Numbered from the stretch's first letter, positions 1 through 10,447 are shown. The stretch is 64,000 bases of DNA from an uncultured Acidobacteriota bacterium (GCA_963755695.1 CAVWLB010000010.1:1196328-1260327); one strand, 5' to 3'. Notes: generated by a model from the letters alone, not told the origin. A program made the numbers and translations.

Positions 1-58
1 CGCCGACGACATTCCGCATTCGGGCCAGATCCTGGTGCGGCTTGGACCGACGTTCTGA
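1..58 (+). CDS. 3-prime end of an unidentified gene cut by the window edge
   Basis: Frame 2 is open from the edge (..ADDIPHSGQILVRLGPTF). It stops at TGA 56-58, overlapping the next start (TGATG). Too short to identify. Confidence 0.3.
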   Translation, partial: ADDIPHSGQILVRLGPTF

Positions 59-687
59 TGGGCAGGCGCGCGCTCTGGCTCGTGCTGCTTGCGCTGCTGG
101 GCACGGCCACGCCGGCAGCCGCGCTCGAAGCGCGGGTGACGGAAGTGCGCCTCGCCGGCGGCACGTTACGGGCCGCCCTCGAGATCCGCGACATGTTCCC
201 GACGAAGTTTCAATCGATCCTGACGCAGGGGGGCGCGCTCCATCTGCGCCTGCAGCTCGAGCTCTGGGAGGATCGTTCGATCTGGGATCGTCTGACGCAG
301 CCGGCGCTGGTCACCGTCTTCCGCATCATCCTCGATCCGTCAACCCGCCAGGTCAGCGTCTCGGATCAATATGGCGAGATCAGCCGTCAACCCGCGTGGC
401 AGGAGCCACTCACGGTGCGCCTCGATATCGGCCGCGCGGAAGCGGTGGACGAAGGCAACGAGTACTACCTCCGCACGCTTGCAACGCTCGGCACCATTGC
501 GGAAAAGGAAGCAACCGAAGCAGGAGAGGTGTTCGGCGGCGACGATGGGTCGGTGAGCCTGGGCTCGATGGGCCGCATGCTGTTTCACGCCGTGCTGCAA
601 GTGAACGACTACCTGCAGAGCATCTCCGCCGAGTCGCGCACCCGCACCGTTGGCGGCCGAGAATTCAAGGTGGGGGTAAAACCCTAA
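58..687 (+). CDS. hypothetical exported protein
   Basis: 209-aa ORF with a signal-like N-terminus (MGRRALWLVLLALLGTATPAAA), GC3-rich codons, and coupling to the upstream stop. Confidence 0.6.
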   Translation: MGRRALWLVLLALLGTATPAAALEARVTEVRLAGGTLRAALEIRDMFPTKFQSILTQGGALHLRLQLELWEDRSIWDRLTQPALVTVFRIILDPSTRQVSVSDQYGEISRQPAWQEPLTVRLDIGRAEAVDEGNEYYLRTLATLGTIAEKEATEAGEVFGGDDGSVSLGSMGRMLFHAVLQVNDYLQSISAESRTRTVGGREFKVGVKP

Positions 688-690
688 GCG

Positions 691-890
691 ACTGCAGACT
701 GAAGATTGAAGATTGAAGATTGGGATTGCAGAGTGAAGACTGAAGATTCGGATTGAAGACTGAAGATTGGCGATTTGGATTGTGAGTGCCGATTGAAGTC
801 GCCAATCTTCAATTGGCAATCGTCATTCCCAATCTTCAATCGCCAATCTTCAGTAACCAATCTTCAATCTTCAATCTTCAGTCTTCAGTG
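691..890. repeat. inverted arrays of degenerate GAAGATT/GAAGACT heptamers forming a ~90-bp imperfect hairpin
   Basis: Left arm ~691-798 (tgaagattgaagattgaagatt...). Right arm ~803-890 is the reverse complement (aatcttcaatcttcaatcttca...). Fills the spacer between convergent genes and overlaps the stop at 885-887. Confidence 0.85.
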
Positions 891-1307
891 TTGAGAGCCT
901 CCTGCTTCGCGCGCGCCGGGGCGGATCTTGACGTCCGTGGCGCCCACTGCGATCGTCTTGTCCTTCCTCTTGATCTTGAACTGGACGCGGTAATCGCCCG
1001 AGGTCTGGAAGATCTTCGAGGCGATGAAGTGGCGCTTGATTTCGCTCTTGCCTGCCTCGTACGGATCGCAGTCGAGGGTCTCTTCAGAAATCGTTCCGTC
1101 TCCCCACTCCCACTCGATTTCTGGACAATAGAAGTCTGCGTAATCGTTCGCGCCCCCTTTGAGGTCGGCGGTGACGATGACGCGGGCGGGGGAGAACGCG
1201 ATGACCGGAGACGCTTTGACGGAGATGTTCGGCTTGTCCTTATCGGCAGCACCGGCCGCGACCGGCAGTAGCAGCGCGATGGCCAGCGACAGTGAGAATT
1301 CCCTCAT
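885..1307 (-). CDS. hypothetical exported protein
   Basis: 140-aa ORF with a signal peptide (MREFSLSLAIALLLPVAAGAA) and SD GGAGGT 7 nt upstream of the ATG. Confidence 0.65.
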   Translation of the reverse strand: MREFSLSLAIALLLPVAAGAADKDKPNISVKASPVIAFSPARVIVTADLKGGANDYADFYCPEIEWEWGDGTISEETLDCDPYEAGKSEIKRHFIASKIFQTSGDYRVQFKIKRKDKTIAVGATDVKIRPGAREAGGSQH

Positions 1308-1348
1308 GAAAGTACCTCCGCAAAGGCTCAGAAGTCATTCTAGCAGAC

Positions 1349-1354
1349 TATAAT
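1349..1354 (+). promoter_or_regulatory. -10 box TATAAT 8 nt upstream of the pepA ATG (leaderless-type arrangement)
   Basis: gacTATAATtccatcacATG; no SD between box and start. Confidence 0.4.
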
Positions 1355-1362
1355 TCCATCAC

Positions 1363-2877
1363 ATGCCTCGTACCCTTCAATCGTCAGCCGTGCGGCTTTT
1401 CGCCGGGTCACCGGCACAAGTGGACGTCGATCTCCTTTTCGTCCCTCTCTTCGAGGGGGAACCAATAGCCGACAGCCTGAAAGGTCTCGACGCCGCGACG
1501 TCCGGCGAAGTCACCCGCGCGGTGACCTCAGGAGAACTCAAGGGTCGCCCCTACGATTTCTTCGTCACCCCGGTGATTTCCGGATGGAAAGCGCGGCGGG
1601 TCGCGCTCGTCGGCGCTGGCAAGGCCGGCGATTTCACGCTGGATCGCCTGCGCAAGGTTGCCGCCGCCGCGGCGATGACGGCGCGCCAGAAGGGGGTCGG
1701 CCGGGTGGCTTTTCTCGAGCGAGGCGGACTCGATGGGCCGGCCGCCGTCCAGGCGATCGCGGATGGGCTGACGTTGTCGGCCTTCAGCGCGGATCAGTAC
1801 AAGACCGGGGAACGCCTCGGGCCGCCGCCCGCAGAATTTACCGTCCTCGTGCCCCCCGATCGAGGGACGTCGATCCGCGAGCTGGAGGCGGCGGTCGAAC
1901 GCGGGTGCGTGCTCGCTGAGTCGTGCAACATCGCGAAAGCGCTCTGCAACGAGCCGTCGAACGTGCTCACCCCGCGTGAGTTCGCAGAGCGAGGCGCACG
2001 GATCGGGCGCGAGGCCGGGCTGGCCGTCGACATTCTCGACGAGCACCAGATTGGGCGGCTCAACATGGGGCTGCTGCTCGGAGTCGCTCGCGGAAGCGCG
2101 GAACCCCCTCGTGTCATCGTGCTCAAACACGAACCGGCAGGCGCACCGGCCGCTCCGGTCCTCGGCCTGGTGGGGAAGGGCATCACGTTCGACACCGGCG
2201 GCATCTCGATCAAGCCAGCGGACGGCATGGAGCGGATGAAAGACGACATGGCCGGCGGCGCCGCGGTCATCACCGCCATGCGCGCCATCGCGCTGCTGCG
2301 CGCGCCAATCAAGGTCGTCGGCGTCGTCCCGGCCACGGAAAACATGCCGGGCGGCAAAGCGGTCAAGCCTGGCGACGTGTTGAGGGGGGCGAGCGGCAAG
2401 ACCGTCGAGGTGATCAACACCGATGCAGAAGGACGCCTGGTGCTGGGCGATGGGCTGTGGTACGCGCAGCAACTTGGCGCCACCCATCTCGTCGATGTCG
2501 CAACCCTCACCGGCGCGTGTGCCGTCGCGCTCGGTCGCGCCGCATCGGGTCTGTTTGGCACGCCCGACACCTGGGTACAGTTCGTTCGCGACACCGCCGA
2601 CCGCGCCGGCGATCGCTGCTGGCCGATGCCGCTCTTCGAGGAGTACGCCGAGCAGCTCCGCAGCGAAATCGCCGACATGATGAACTCGGGTGGCCGTCCG
2701 GCCGGGGCCTGCACGGCGGCGATGTTCTTGAAGGAGTTCACGGGCGGTCTGCCATGGGCCCATTTCGACGTCGCCGGCACGGCGTGGGCAGACGAGACGA
2801 AACCCTATCAGTCGAAAGGGGCGACCGGAATTGCGGTGCGCGCGCTCGCGGAGCTTGCGCTGGCTATGAAGCCGTAG
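1363..2877 (+). CDS. pepA: leucyl aminopeptidase (M17 family)
   Basis: 504-aa ORF with M17 hallmarks VGKGITFDTGGISIKP and NTDAEGRLVLGD. Confidence 0.93.
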   Translation: MPRTLQSSAVRLFAGSPAQVDVDLLFVPLFEGEPIADSLKGLDAATSGEVTRAVTSGELKGRPYDFFVTPVISGWKARRVALVGAGKAGDFTLDRLRKVAAAAAMTARQKGVGRVAFLERGGLDGPAAVQAIADGLTLSAFSADQYKTGERLGPPPAEFTVLVPPDRGTSIRELEAAVERGCVLAESCNIAKALCNEPSNVLTPREFAERGARIGREAGLAVDILDEHQIGRLNMGLLLGVARGSAEPPRVIVLKHEPAGAPAAPVLGLVGKGITFDTGGISIKPADGMERMKDDMAGGAAVITAMRAIALLRAPIKVVGVVPATENMPGGKAVKPGDVLRGASGKTVEVINTDAEGRLVLGDGLWYAQQLGATHLVDVATLTGACAVALGRAASGLFGTPDTWVQFVRDTADRAGDRCWPMPLFEEYAEQLRSEIADMMNSGGRPAGACTAAMFLKEFTGGLPWAHFDVAGTAWADETKPYQSKGATGIAVRALAELALAMKP

Positions 2878-2879
2878 CC

Positions 2880-3046
2880 ACAGAACAAGCGCAGGCCACT
2901 GAAAACACGGAAGAACACGGCAAAGAAGACAGAACACGCGGCAAGAGGACAGAAAGACAGGGAACCCCACTCTCTCTGTGTCTTTCGTGTCTTTTGTGTC
3001 TTTGTGTCCTCTGTGTTATTCAGTGTTCTTCTGTGGCCCTGATCTG
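2880..3046. repeat. inverted arrays of GAACACG/GACAGAA-type units (long imperfect hairpin)
   Basis: Left arm 2880-2966 (cacagaac..ggaagaacacggcaaagaagacagaacacg..). Right arm 2972-3046 is its complement (ctgtgtctttcgtgtcttttgtgtc..gttcttctgtgg). Starts 3 nt after the pepA stop. Confidence 0.85.
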
Positions 3047-3066
3047 CCTGTTCAGGAGTGCGGTGG

Positions 3067-3309
3067 TTACGACAGCGAGTGCGGTGTCACCCGCAGCGCG
3101 TTCGGATCGCCCTCTTCCTCGACGCCGTAACGCGCGCGCAGCTTCTTCACGCCAATCAGGATCCCGCCAAGCACCAGGCCCAGCAGGGCAGCGGTAATCA
3201 GGAGAAAGCCGGTCAGCCCGATCGCGCCGATGATCACGTCAGCAATTGAGGTGTCCTGGACCGGCTGCTCGACAACGCGAACGATGATCGGCTCGGGCTG
3301 AAGAAGCAT
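3067..3309 (-). CDS. small membrane protein, hypothetical
   Basis: 80-aa ORF with one strong TM segment (VIIGAIGLTGFLLITAALLGLVLGGILIGV) and good GC3 bias. Confidence 0.55.
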   Translation of the reverse strand: MLLQPEPIIVRVVEQPVQDTSIADVIIGAIGLTGFLLITAALLGLVLGGILIGVKKLRARYGVEEEGDPNALRVTPHSLS

Positions 3310-3315
3310 AGAGCT

Positions 3316-3321
3316 ATTGTA
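3316..3321 (-). promoter_or_regulatory. -10 box TACAAT 6 nt upstream of the ATG at 3309 (leaderless-type)
   Basis: Minus strand reads gcgtTACAATagctctATG; no SD. Confidence 0.35.
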
Positions 3322-3340
3322 ACGCTTGCGTCGGGCACAG

Positions 3341-3434
3341 GGGCTAGCAGCTGGGAGCTAGGAGTTAGGAGCTGGAGTAAACCTTCTCATTATCGATCTA
3401 GCTCCCAGCTCCCAGCTCCTAGCCCCCAGCTCCT
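3341..3434. repeat. inverted arrays GCTGGGA/GCTAGGA versus TCCCAGC/TCCTAGC
   Basis: Arm 3341-3377 (gggctagcagctgggagctaggagttaggagctggag), 20-nt loop, arm 3398-3434 (ctagctcccagctcccagctcctagcccccagctcc). Overlaps the amidase stop. Confidence 0.85.
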
Positions 3435-5223
3435 ATTGCTCCGTCGCCCTTTTGGACGCAATCACTCGCATCCGCTTCAGGCCCTGCTGGTAGTTGACGA
3501 CGGCATCGAGGAGCGCCTGCGCGATCTGCTGACGGTAGGCGCCGGTTTTGAGCAGCGCTCCCTCCTGCCTGTTCGTGAGGAAGGAAATTTCCGCCAGCAC
3601 GCTGGGCATGCTGGCGCCGATGAGCACCACAAACGGCGCCTGCTTGACGCCCAGATCGCGGAGCTGCTTGTTGCGTGTCTTCAGCCGCGCGACCATGGCC
3701 TTCTGCACGATGTCCGCGAAATCGCGCGACTCGTTGATCTTGTTGTTGAGCGCAATCGCCTTCACGATGTCCGGCAAGCTGTGCATCGTCTGACCCGAGC
3801 CCGAGTTCTCGCGCGCTGCGACCGCTTCGGCTTCGGGATTGTTCGCGAAGTTGAGGAAATAGCTCTCGATACCCCTCGCCCTTGGGTTGGGGCTGGCATT
3901 GGCGTGGATTGAAAGAAACAGGTCAGCTGCCTCGCGGTTGGCGATCGCCGTTCGCTCCTGAAGCGGAATGAACTCGTCGCTATCGCGGGTCATGACGACT
4001 TCGACGCCGGGCTGTTTCGCTAACAGCTTCTGCAGTCGAAGCGCCACATCGAGCGTCAGCTCCGCTTCATTGATTCCATGCCCCTGTGCGCCGGGATCGT
4101 GCCCGCCGTGCCCAGCGTCGATGACGATGCGAGAGACGCTCAGGCCGAGCTGGCGGGAGATCGAGAATTTTCCGTCGGAGTTCGCGATTGGGGCCGCCGG
4201 TGGAAGCGACGGAGGGGTCCGCTCGATCGACGGCAGCGGCGTCTTGTCGATCCCAGGTGCCGGCACGGGCGTTCCGATTTCAATCTTTGGCGCCGGCGGT
4301 CGAGGGGCCGGCAGGGACGCGACGAGCGGCGGTGGCGATGCCGCCACCGGTTTCATCGCCCCGGACCTCCGGAAATCCATTATCAGCCGGTACGGGTTGT
4401 AGAGCGAATACACGCTGTAGCCGTCTACGCCTGACAGATCGACGACGATCCGCGTGGTGCTTTGCGGGTGACGTCCCAGACGGATCTCGCGGACGACATC
4501 GTCGTCGAACTTCAGCGTGACGTCCTGGAGTGCGGTGACGGCACGAACCCCCTTGAGATCGAAGAAGACGCGCTTCGGACGCTCGAGTTCCTCCTGGTGA
4601 AACGGGACCTCGGCGTCCAGATCGATCGTCACGCGCACACCATCGGGCAGAAGCGATCGCTTGATGCCTTTCAGCATCACGACATCGGTTGAAACCGGCG
4701 CCGCATCGGATTTCTCCGGCCGCGTGCCATCCGGCTTGTCGCCGAGGGAGGCCGCCGCTTTCTCCACTCTCGCGGGCTCGCCCGCGCTTGGCTTCAGTTC
4801 CGGTGAAGACGCACGCAGAGACGTTCCTGCCGCGCTGCTGCTTTCGATGTCCTGCAGGGTCGACTCGGCCTGCGCGACGAGGCTGCTCGATGAATAGCCC
4901 TCGGCCAGCATCTTCAGGAACCGGGCGGCGTCCTGTCGGTCCTTTTCGTCGCCGGACCGATCGAAGGCCAGCAGCGCAAGGTTGGCGGCTTGCCAAAGCG
5001 CGTTGTCCGCATACCCGCTGGCCGGGTACCGCTCAACGATCTTCTCGTAAGAGCGAATGACGCGGCGGATTGCCGCAGCCGACGCGTTGTCGTTTGCGTC
5101 TCGAACCACACGCTCCTGCCCGAGCGCGCGCGTGTACGCGGTACGGGCGGCGTCGGCTGCACGAGCGGGCACCGGCACGAACATCAGCAGGGCCAGTAGC
5201 GAGGGAAGCAGTCGCTGTGCCAT
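3433..5223 (-). CDS. N-acetylmuramoyl-L-alanine amidase (Amidase_3) with TPR-like N-terminus and AMIN-like middle domain
   Basis: 596-aa ORF with a signal peptide and C-terminal amidase motifs (IVIDAGHGGHDPGAQG, SIHANAS, EISFLTN). Confidence 0.9.
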   Translation of the reverse strand: MAQRLLPSLLALLMFVPVPARAADAARTAYTRALGQERVVRDANDNASAAAIRRVIRSYEKIVERYPASGYADNALWQAANLALLAFDRSGDEKDRQDAARFLKMLAEGYSSSSLVAQAESTLQDIESSSAAGTSLRASSPELKPSAGEPARVEKAAASLGDKPDGTRPEKSDAAPVSTDVVMLKGIKRSLLPDGVRVTIDLDAEVPFHQEELERPKRVFFDLKGVRAVTALQDVTLKFDDDVVREIRLGRHPQSTTRIVVDLSGVDGYSVYSLYNPYRLIMDFRRSGAMKPVAASPPPLVASLPAPRPPAPKIEIGTPVPAPGIDKTPLPSIERTPPSLPPAAPIANSDGKFSISRQLGLSVSRIVIDAGHGGHDPGAQGHGINEAELTLDVALRLQKLLAKQPGVEVVMTRDSDEFIPLQERTAIANREAADLFLSIHANASPNPRARGIESYFLNFANNPEAEAVAARENSGSGQTMHSLPDIVKAIALNNKINESRDFADIVQKAMVARLKTRNKQLRDLGVKQAPFVVLIGASMPSVLAEISFLTNRQEGALLKTGAYRQQIAQALLDAVVNYQQGLKRMRVIASKRATEQ

Positions 5224-5231
5224 TGAGTGAC

Positions 5232-7671
5232 CTATCGAAGCTGCGCGTCGACTTCGTCGAAATAGTCCTTCTTCACGAGCACCTCGCGCGGCTTGCCGCC
5301 AACCGCCGCCGAGACGAGCCCGTCCATCTCCATCATGTCCACCAGTCGCGCCGCACGGCTGAAGCCGATGCGGAGCCGCCGCTGCAGGTACGAGATCGAT
5401 GCCTGGCCGCTCGAGACCACGATGCGGGCAGCCTCGTCGTACAGCTCGTCCTTCTCGAACTCGATCGCTTCCTGCGCGCCCTTCTCCTCCGCGGTAATGG
5501 TGTTGTCGTAGGTCGGCTTTCCCTGTTTCCTGAGGAAACTCGCGAGCCGCGCCGATTCCTGTTCCGAGATGTACGGACCGTGCAGGCGCACGAACCGTGA
5601 CGACGCGGGAGGAAGGTACAACATGTCGCCGCGTCCAAGGAGCTGCTCGGCGCCGTTGCCGTCCAGGATGGTACGCGAGTCGATTTTCGACGACACGCGG
5701 AATGAAATGCGCGCCGGCAGGTTGGCCTTGATGAGACCGGTGATGACATCGACCGAGGGTCGCTGTGTGGCCAGTACCAGATGGATCCCGATCGCGCGCG
5801 CCATCTGCGCCAGCCGCGCAATCGACTCTTCGACCTCGTTGCCTGCCACCATCATCAGGTCCGCCAGCTCGTCGATCAGCACCACGATGAAGGGCAGGGG
5901 TTTGATCTCGTTGCCCTTGTCGTCGGTGACCACCTCGCCCTTCTTTTCCTCCTGCATCGCACGGACGTTGCGGTTGTACTGCTCGATGTTGCGCACGCCG
6001 AACGCCGCGAGCGTCTTGTAGCGTTCCTCCATCTCGCGCACCGCCCAGCGAAGCGCGTTCGAGGCGAGCTTCGGATCCATGACCACCGGCGTCAGAAGGT
6101 GAGGGATGTCCTCGTACATCCCGAGCTCGAGGCGCTTGGGATCCACCATGATGAACCGGACCTCATCGGGGGTCGCCCGCATCAGGATGCTGGTGATCAT
6201 CGCGTTGACACTGACCGACTTTCCGGCGCCGGTCGACCCGGCAATCAGCAGGTGCGGCATCGTCGCGAGATCGCTGACGAACGGCTCGCCGTGGATGGTC
6301 TTGCCCATGGCGAGGGTCAGCTTCGACGACGACCGGCGGTAGGCATCGGACTCGAGCAGCTCCCGCAGCGAGATTTGTTCGCGGTTCGGATTCGGAATCT
6401 GGATGCCGACGGTGGACTTCCCGGGAATGCGATCGATGATCACCGACTCGGCCTGCATCGCGAGACACAGGTCGTCGGCAAGACCGGTAATCTTGCTGTA
6501 CTTCACGCCGGCGTCGGGCTTGAACTCGTAAGTGGTGACAACCGGCCCCGGATGAATCTGGACGACCGTGCCTTCAACCGAGAACTCGCGACACTTGTCC
6601 TCCAGCAAGCGCGCTCCTTCCATCAACTCGCGCTCGTCGATCTTGCGTTCGCCCCGAGGCGCGTCGAGCAGCGCATTCGGCGGCAGCGCGAACGCGCCTT
6701 TCCGGCGCTCGGCGGGAGCCTTCTCGGGCTCGGACAGCGGCAAGGTTGGGGTCGAGGTCATGGGCGCCGGCCGTTTGATCGGCGGTGGTGGCGTCGGCTT
6801 CGACGAGGCAGCCTTGAGGGCAGCCGCAGCGGCCTCGACCATCGCCGCGGTCTTGGACTTCATAGGCGTCGGAGCCGAAGACGGAGTCGACGCCTCCTTC
6901 GCAGAGCTCGATGGATCTTTCGCGGATTTCAATGAGGCCGCCTTGGCCGCGACAAGCTCCGGTGTCAGTTCGGGAACCTCCTTGAACTCCTTCGACTCCT
7001 TCGTGTCCCTGGAATCCTTGCCCGGCCGCGTCAGGTGTTTCCTCATCACCTCCTGGCGCTGCTTTTCGCGGCGGCGCTCCTCGCGGCGCGCCTCGGCATT
7101 CGCCCTCATTGCCGCCCACCGATCGTGAGCGAGATGTCCGAGCACCCCGAACAGGCGGCCGAACGAGAACTGGGTCGAAAGAATGATCGCCAGGAAGAGC
7201 AACGTCAGGATCAGGATGATCGAGCCGGTGCGATTGAGATAATCCGCCAGCACCCCGGCGAGCCAATCACCAAGATATCCGCCGACACGAAACTCCTTGC
7301 CACTGACCTGGATCGTGCCAAAGGCGAGCGACAGGAAGGACGACACGCAGCCGAAGAGCAGCACCGCCCCTACCAGCTTCGTGTAGGCGGCGTCGACCGA
7401 TCGGCACCAGAAGTAATGCCAGCCGATCACCACGAAGACCAGCGGGACCAGGTACGCTGCAGTACCCAAGTACCTGGAAGGAGAGCTCGGCGAGAAAGGC
7501 GCCGACCCGTCCGGCGAAATTCGCCGCGGCCGGCGCCGCGCCGGTGTTGAAGAACCACACCGGGTCGGACGAACTGTAGCTGGCGAGCGCGATCACCCAG
7601 ATCAGCGCGCAGGCAAAGAGCGCCACGCCCGCGAACTCGCTCACGCGCCGCGACACGGTTCTGGAGGCCAC
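5232..7671 (-). CDS. ftsK: DNA translocase FtsK, reading frame broken once as sequenced (~7462-7474)
   Basis: The membrane N-terminus lies in ORF 7267..7671 (..FAGRVGAFLAELSFQVLG). It continues in another frame as ORF 5232..7469 (GTAAYLVPLVFVVIGW..). Walker A GSTGAGKS and a gamma-domain-like C-terminus (SISYLQRRLRIGFSRAARL) are present. Confidence 0.9.
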
Positions 7672-7672
7672 G

Positions 7673-9353
7673 TCAGATCTCCATGACCACCGGCAGCACG
7701 AGCGGCCGGAGACCCGAACGTTTGCGGAAGAAGCGCTGGAGGTCCACTCGAATCTTTTCCTTGATCAACCCTGGATCGGTCCGTTCTTCGACACTGGCGG
7801 TGTCGATCGCTGCCGCTACCAGCCCCGGCACTTCCTTGAGCAAACTCTCCGTTCGCAGGTCGAGCACGAAGCCACGCGTAATCACGTCCGGCGTCTCTTC
7901 CACCAGACCAGACTGCCGGCTGATTGCCACGACCGGAACGACCAGCCCGTCGCCGGCCAGGTGACGCCGATCGCGCAGCACCTCGTCGCCGACTTCGCCA
8001 CTGCGCGTCCCATCGATCAGAATCCGGCCCGCCGGCACCTTGTCCGCAACTCGGGCGCCGTCCGGGTCCACCCGAATCACGTCGCCGTTTTCCGCGAGCA
8101 CGACCTCGGTGCCTGGAGACACCCGTGCCGCCACTCGCGCATGTCGGGCGAGCTGACGGGTACTCTCCATGTATCGGCACGAAGTACTTCGGCCGTACCA
8201 GTGACAGCATGAGCTTGAGCTCTTCCTCAGAGCCGTGTCCCGAAACGTGGACATGCTTGATGCCCTCGTAGACTACATCGGCCCCCCGGCGGGCGATGTG
8301 GTTCATCACCCGGCCGATCGCCTTCTCGTTGCCCGGGATCTCGCGCGCTGAAAACACCACCACATCGTCACGCTCGAGCTTGACGTGACGATGGTCGTCA
8401 ATCGCAATCCGTGGAAGCGCGGCCTGCGGCTCACCTTGGGAACCGGTGCAGACACAAACCACGTCCTGGGACGGATAGTTCCTGACGTCACTGTCTCGTA
8501 TCTGCACGCCCGGCGGGATCCGCAAATATCCGAGCCTGTCGGCAATCTGCGAGTTCTCGACCACTCCCCGGCCGACGAACGCGACCCGCCGGTCGAACTG
8601 AAACGCCAGATCCAGCACGATCTGCATCCGGTACAGGCTGGAGGCGAACATCGCCACCACGATACGCCCCTGGGCGCTGGTGAAGATCTCCTCGAACCCG
8701 TCGATGACGTCGCGTTCGGAACCGCTGACCCCTTTCCGCTCAATGTTCGTGCTGTCGCCGAGCAGCACCAGCACCCCTTCGGCGCCGAGCTGCGCGAGAC
8801 GATGAAAGTCCACATGCTCGCCGTCGAGCGGGGTCTGATCGAACTTGAAATCCCCAGTGTGCAGCACGACTCCGGCCGGCGTGGTGATGGCAACCGCGAC
8901 GCAGTCGGGCATGCTGTGCGTAACGCGCAGGAACTCGATCGAGAAACTCCCTACCTGCACCCGATCGCGCGGACGCACGGCAGACAGGCGTGCGCGCGCG
9001 TCTTCGTCTTCGGCGAGCTTCGGCTCGACGAGCGCGAGCGTCAGCGGCGTCCCATAAACCGGTCCATCGACGTGCGGCAGCACGTGTGCGACCGCGCCGA
9101 TGTGATCCTCGTGGCCGTGCGTCAGAATCAGCGCCTGAATCTTGTACTGCTGGAGCGGACGCAGGTCCGGGATGATCAGGTCGACCCCGAGGAGCTCTGG
9201 CTCGGGAAACATCACGCCCGCGTCGATCAGGATGGCGGTCTCGCCGCAGGCGACCACCATCATGTTCATGCCGAACTCGCCCAGCCCCCCGAGCGGGATC
9301 AGCTCGAGCGGCGGCGTTTCGGAGACACCCGTCGATTCCGGACCGTTACGCAA
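7673..9353 (-). CDS. rnj: ribonuclease J, reading frame broken once as sequenced (~8155-8165)
   Basis: Metallo-beta-lactamase/beta-CASP motifs (LTHGHEDHIGAV; KYFVPIHGEY). After HGEY the sensible continuation (RQLARHARVAA..VVMEI) is in ORF 7673..8254. The 570-aa ORF tail is Arg/Gly-rich nonsense. TTG start. Confidence 0.9.
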
Positions 9354-9472
9354 ATGAACGAAGTCCCAGTCAAGAGGAACTAAATCTCATCGGACACGCT
9401 GCGGCGGGCGCCGCTAGGCGAGCGTATCCACCCGACCAGCGCTGGGACGATGGATCGGGAAAAATCGCTGAA

Positions 9473-9481
9473 ACTATAGCA
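9473..9481 (-). promoter_or_regulatory. extended -10 element TGCTATAGT upstream of rnj
   Basis: Minus strand reads cctgTGCTATAGTttc, ~115 nt upstream of the rnj start. The same nonamer recurs at 51759-51767. Confidence 0.35.
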
Positions 9482-9493
9482 CAGGTGGACTCG

Positions 9494-9532
9494 GGTTCTC
9501 CGGTTCTCCGGTTCTCCGGTTCTCCGGTTCTT
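9494..9532. repeat. tandem GGTTCTCC x ~4.5
   Basis: gggttctccggttctccggttctccggttctccggttc. Confidence 0.9.
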
Positions 9533-9556
9533 GTAGGGTGCGTCTTTAGACGCGCC
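9532..9556. repeat. REP-like hairpin element TGTAGGGTGCGTCTTTAGACGCGCC (copy 1 of 2)
   Basis: GC stem around a TTTA loop. Near-identical copy at 51774-51798 (tgtagggcgggtctttagatccgcc). Confidence 0.7.
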
Positions 9557-9647
9557 GTCGGCTTTCTAGGCAGGTGCCCTACAAACGATTACCCTAGACA
9601 CCTACGCGGCGCGCCTCTCAAGAGGCGCCCCACAGATAAGAGCAGGA

Positions 9648-10379
9648 TCAGCCTTTAAAATCGACCGACCTCGCCAGCCGCGCGAGCTCGCGCAGCTCCA
9701 GCGTCTCGGGACGCCGGCGCGCGTCGATTTCCGCCCGTGCCAGCGCCCTCGCCGGGTCGACGCCGAGCGGCTCGGCGAACGGACGCAAGGCATTGACCAA
9801 CGTCTTACGGCGCTGCATGAAGATGGTCCGGACCAGCCGCTCGAAACTGGCCGCATCTTCGATTGCAACCGTTGGCGGCCGGAAGACGAGTCGCACCACC
9901 GCAGATCGAACCTTCGGCATGGGCCGGAATGCGCCCGGCGGAAGCGTCAGCACTCGGGTGACGTCGGCGGAGAGCCGGGTGAGGATGCCCAGCACTCCGT
10001 AATCGGCCGTCCCGACCGGCGCGGTTAACCGTTCCGCCACTTCCGCCTGCAGCATGATGGTCGCGTCCCGAATCGCCGCCGTTCGGCGGGCCGTTTCCAT
10101 CAACTTGAACAGGATCGGCGACGAGATGTTGTAAGGGAGGTTCCCGGCGACCCGCAGCGGTCCGCCGGCCGTCATCTCCGCGAGATCCATCGAGAGCACG
10201 TCGCCGACGATGACACGGGCGTTGGACGGCAGTGAAGGGGCCAGGCGGGCAGCAAGGTCGCGGTCGATTTCGACGGCCGTCAGCTCGCGCACCCGCGGCG
10301 CAAGTCTCGTCGTGATGATGCCGGGACCCGGGCCGATTTCCAGAAATCGGTCGTCAGGCCGAGGGGCAATCGCCTCCAC
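9648..10379 (-). CDS. rsmA: 16S rRNA (adenine1518/1519-N6)-dimethyltransferase RsmA/KsgA (true start probably upstream of 10379)
   Basis: SAM motif LEIGPGPGIITTRL and NLPYNISSPI. The conserved N-terminal KRFGQHFL lies in frame upstream (10380-10430) of the GTG used by the ORF track. Confidence 0.9.
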   Translation of the reverse strand: MEAIAPRPDDRFLEIGPGPGIITTRLAPRVRELTAVEIDRDLAARLAPSLPSNARVIVGDVLSMDLAEMTAGGPLRVAGNLPYNISSPILFKLMETARRTAAIRDATIMLQAEVAERLTAPVGTADYGVLGILTRLSADVTRVLTLPPGAFRPMPKVRSAVVRLVFRPPTVAIEDAASFERLVRTIFMQRRKTLVNALRPFAEPLGVDPARALARAEIDARRRPETLELRELARLARSVDFKG

Positions 10380-10447
10380 GACCTTGTCCGCCCATACGGG
10401 CTCGAGGAAGTGCTGGCCGAATCGTTTCCTCGGCCGGGACTTGCGTT

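Noticed and set aside
1528-2970. Long antisense or alternate-frame ORFs overlapping well-supported genes. Examples: 1528..2970(-), 5781..6935(+), 18406..19653(-), 28698..30110(-), 47005..48552(-), 50484..51791(+), 53858..55159(+).
   Set aside because: They are Arg/Ala/Pro/Gly-rich with no recognisable motifs. They lie opposite or out of frame to genes with clear family signatures. Such ORFs are the expected by-product of ~65% GC, where stop codons are rare.
7462-8165. Programmed ribosomal frameshifting in ftsK and rnj
   Set aside because: There is no slippery heptamer or downstream pseudoknot-like context. The same type of break occurs in unrelated genes at GTAC-adjacent G/C runs, which points to a DNA or sequence-level cause rather than recoding.
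9354-9647. Scanned the longer intergenic regions (9354-9647, 27172-27349, 56866-57398, 57837-58013, 61806-61993) for tRNA, rRNA, tmRNA or known riboswitch signatures
   Set aside because: No cloverleaf-compatible sequence or familiar conserved riboswitch core was recognised by eye. A covariance-model search would be needed to exclude small RNAs.
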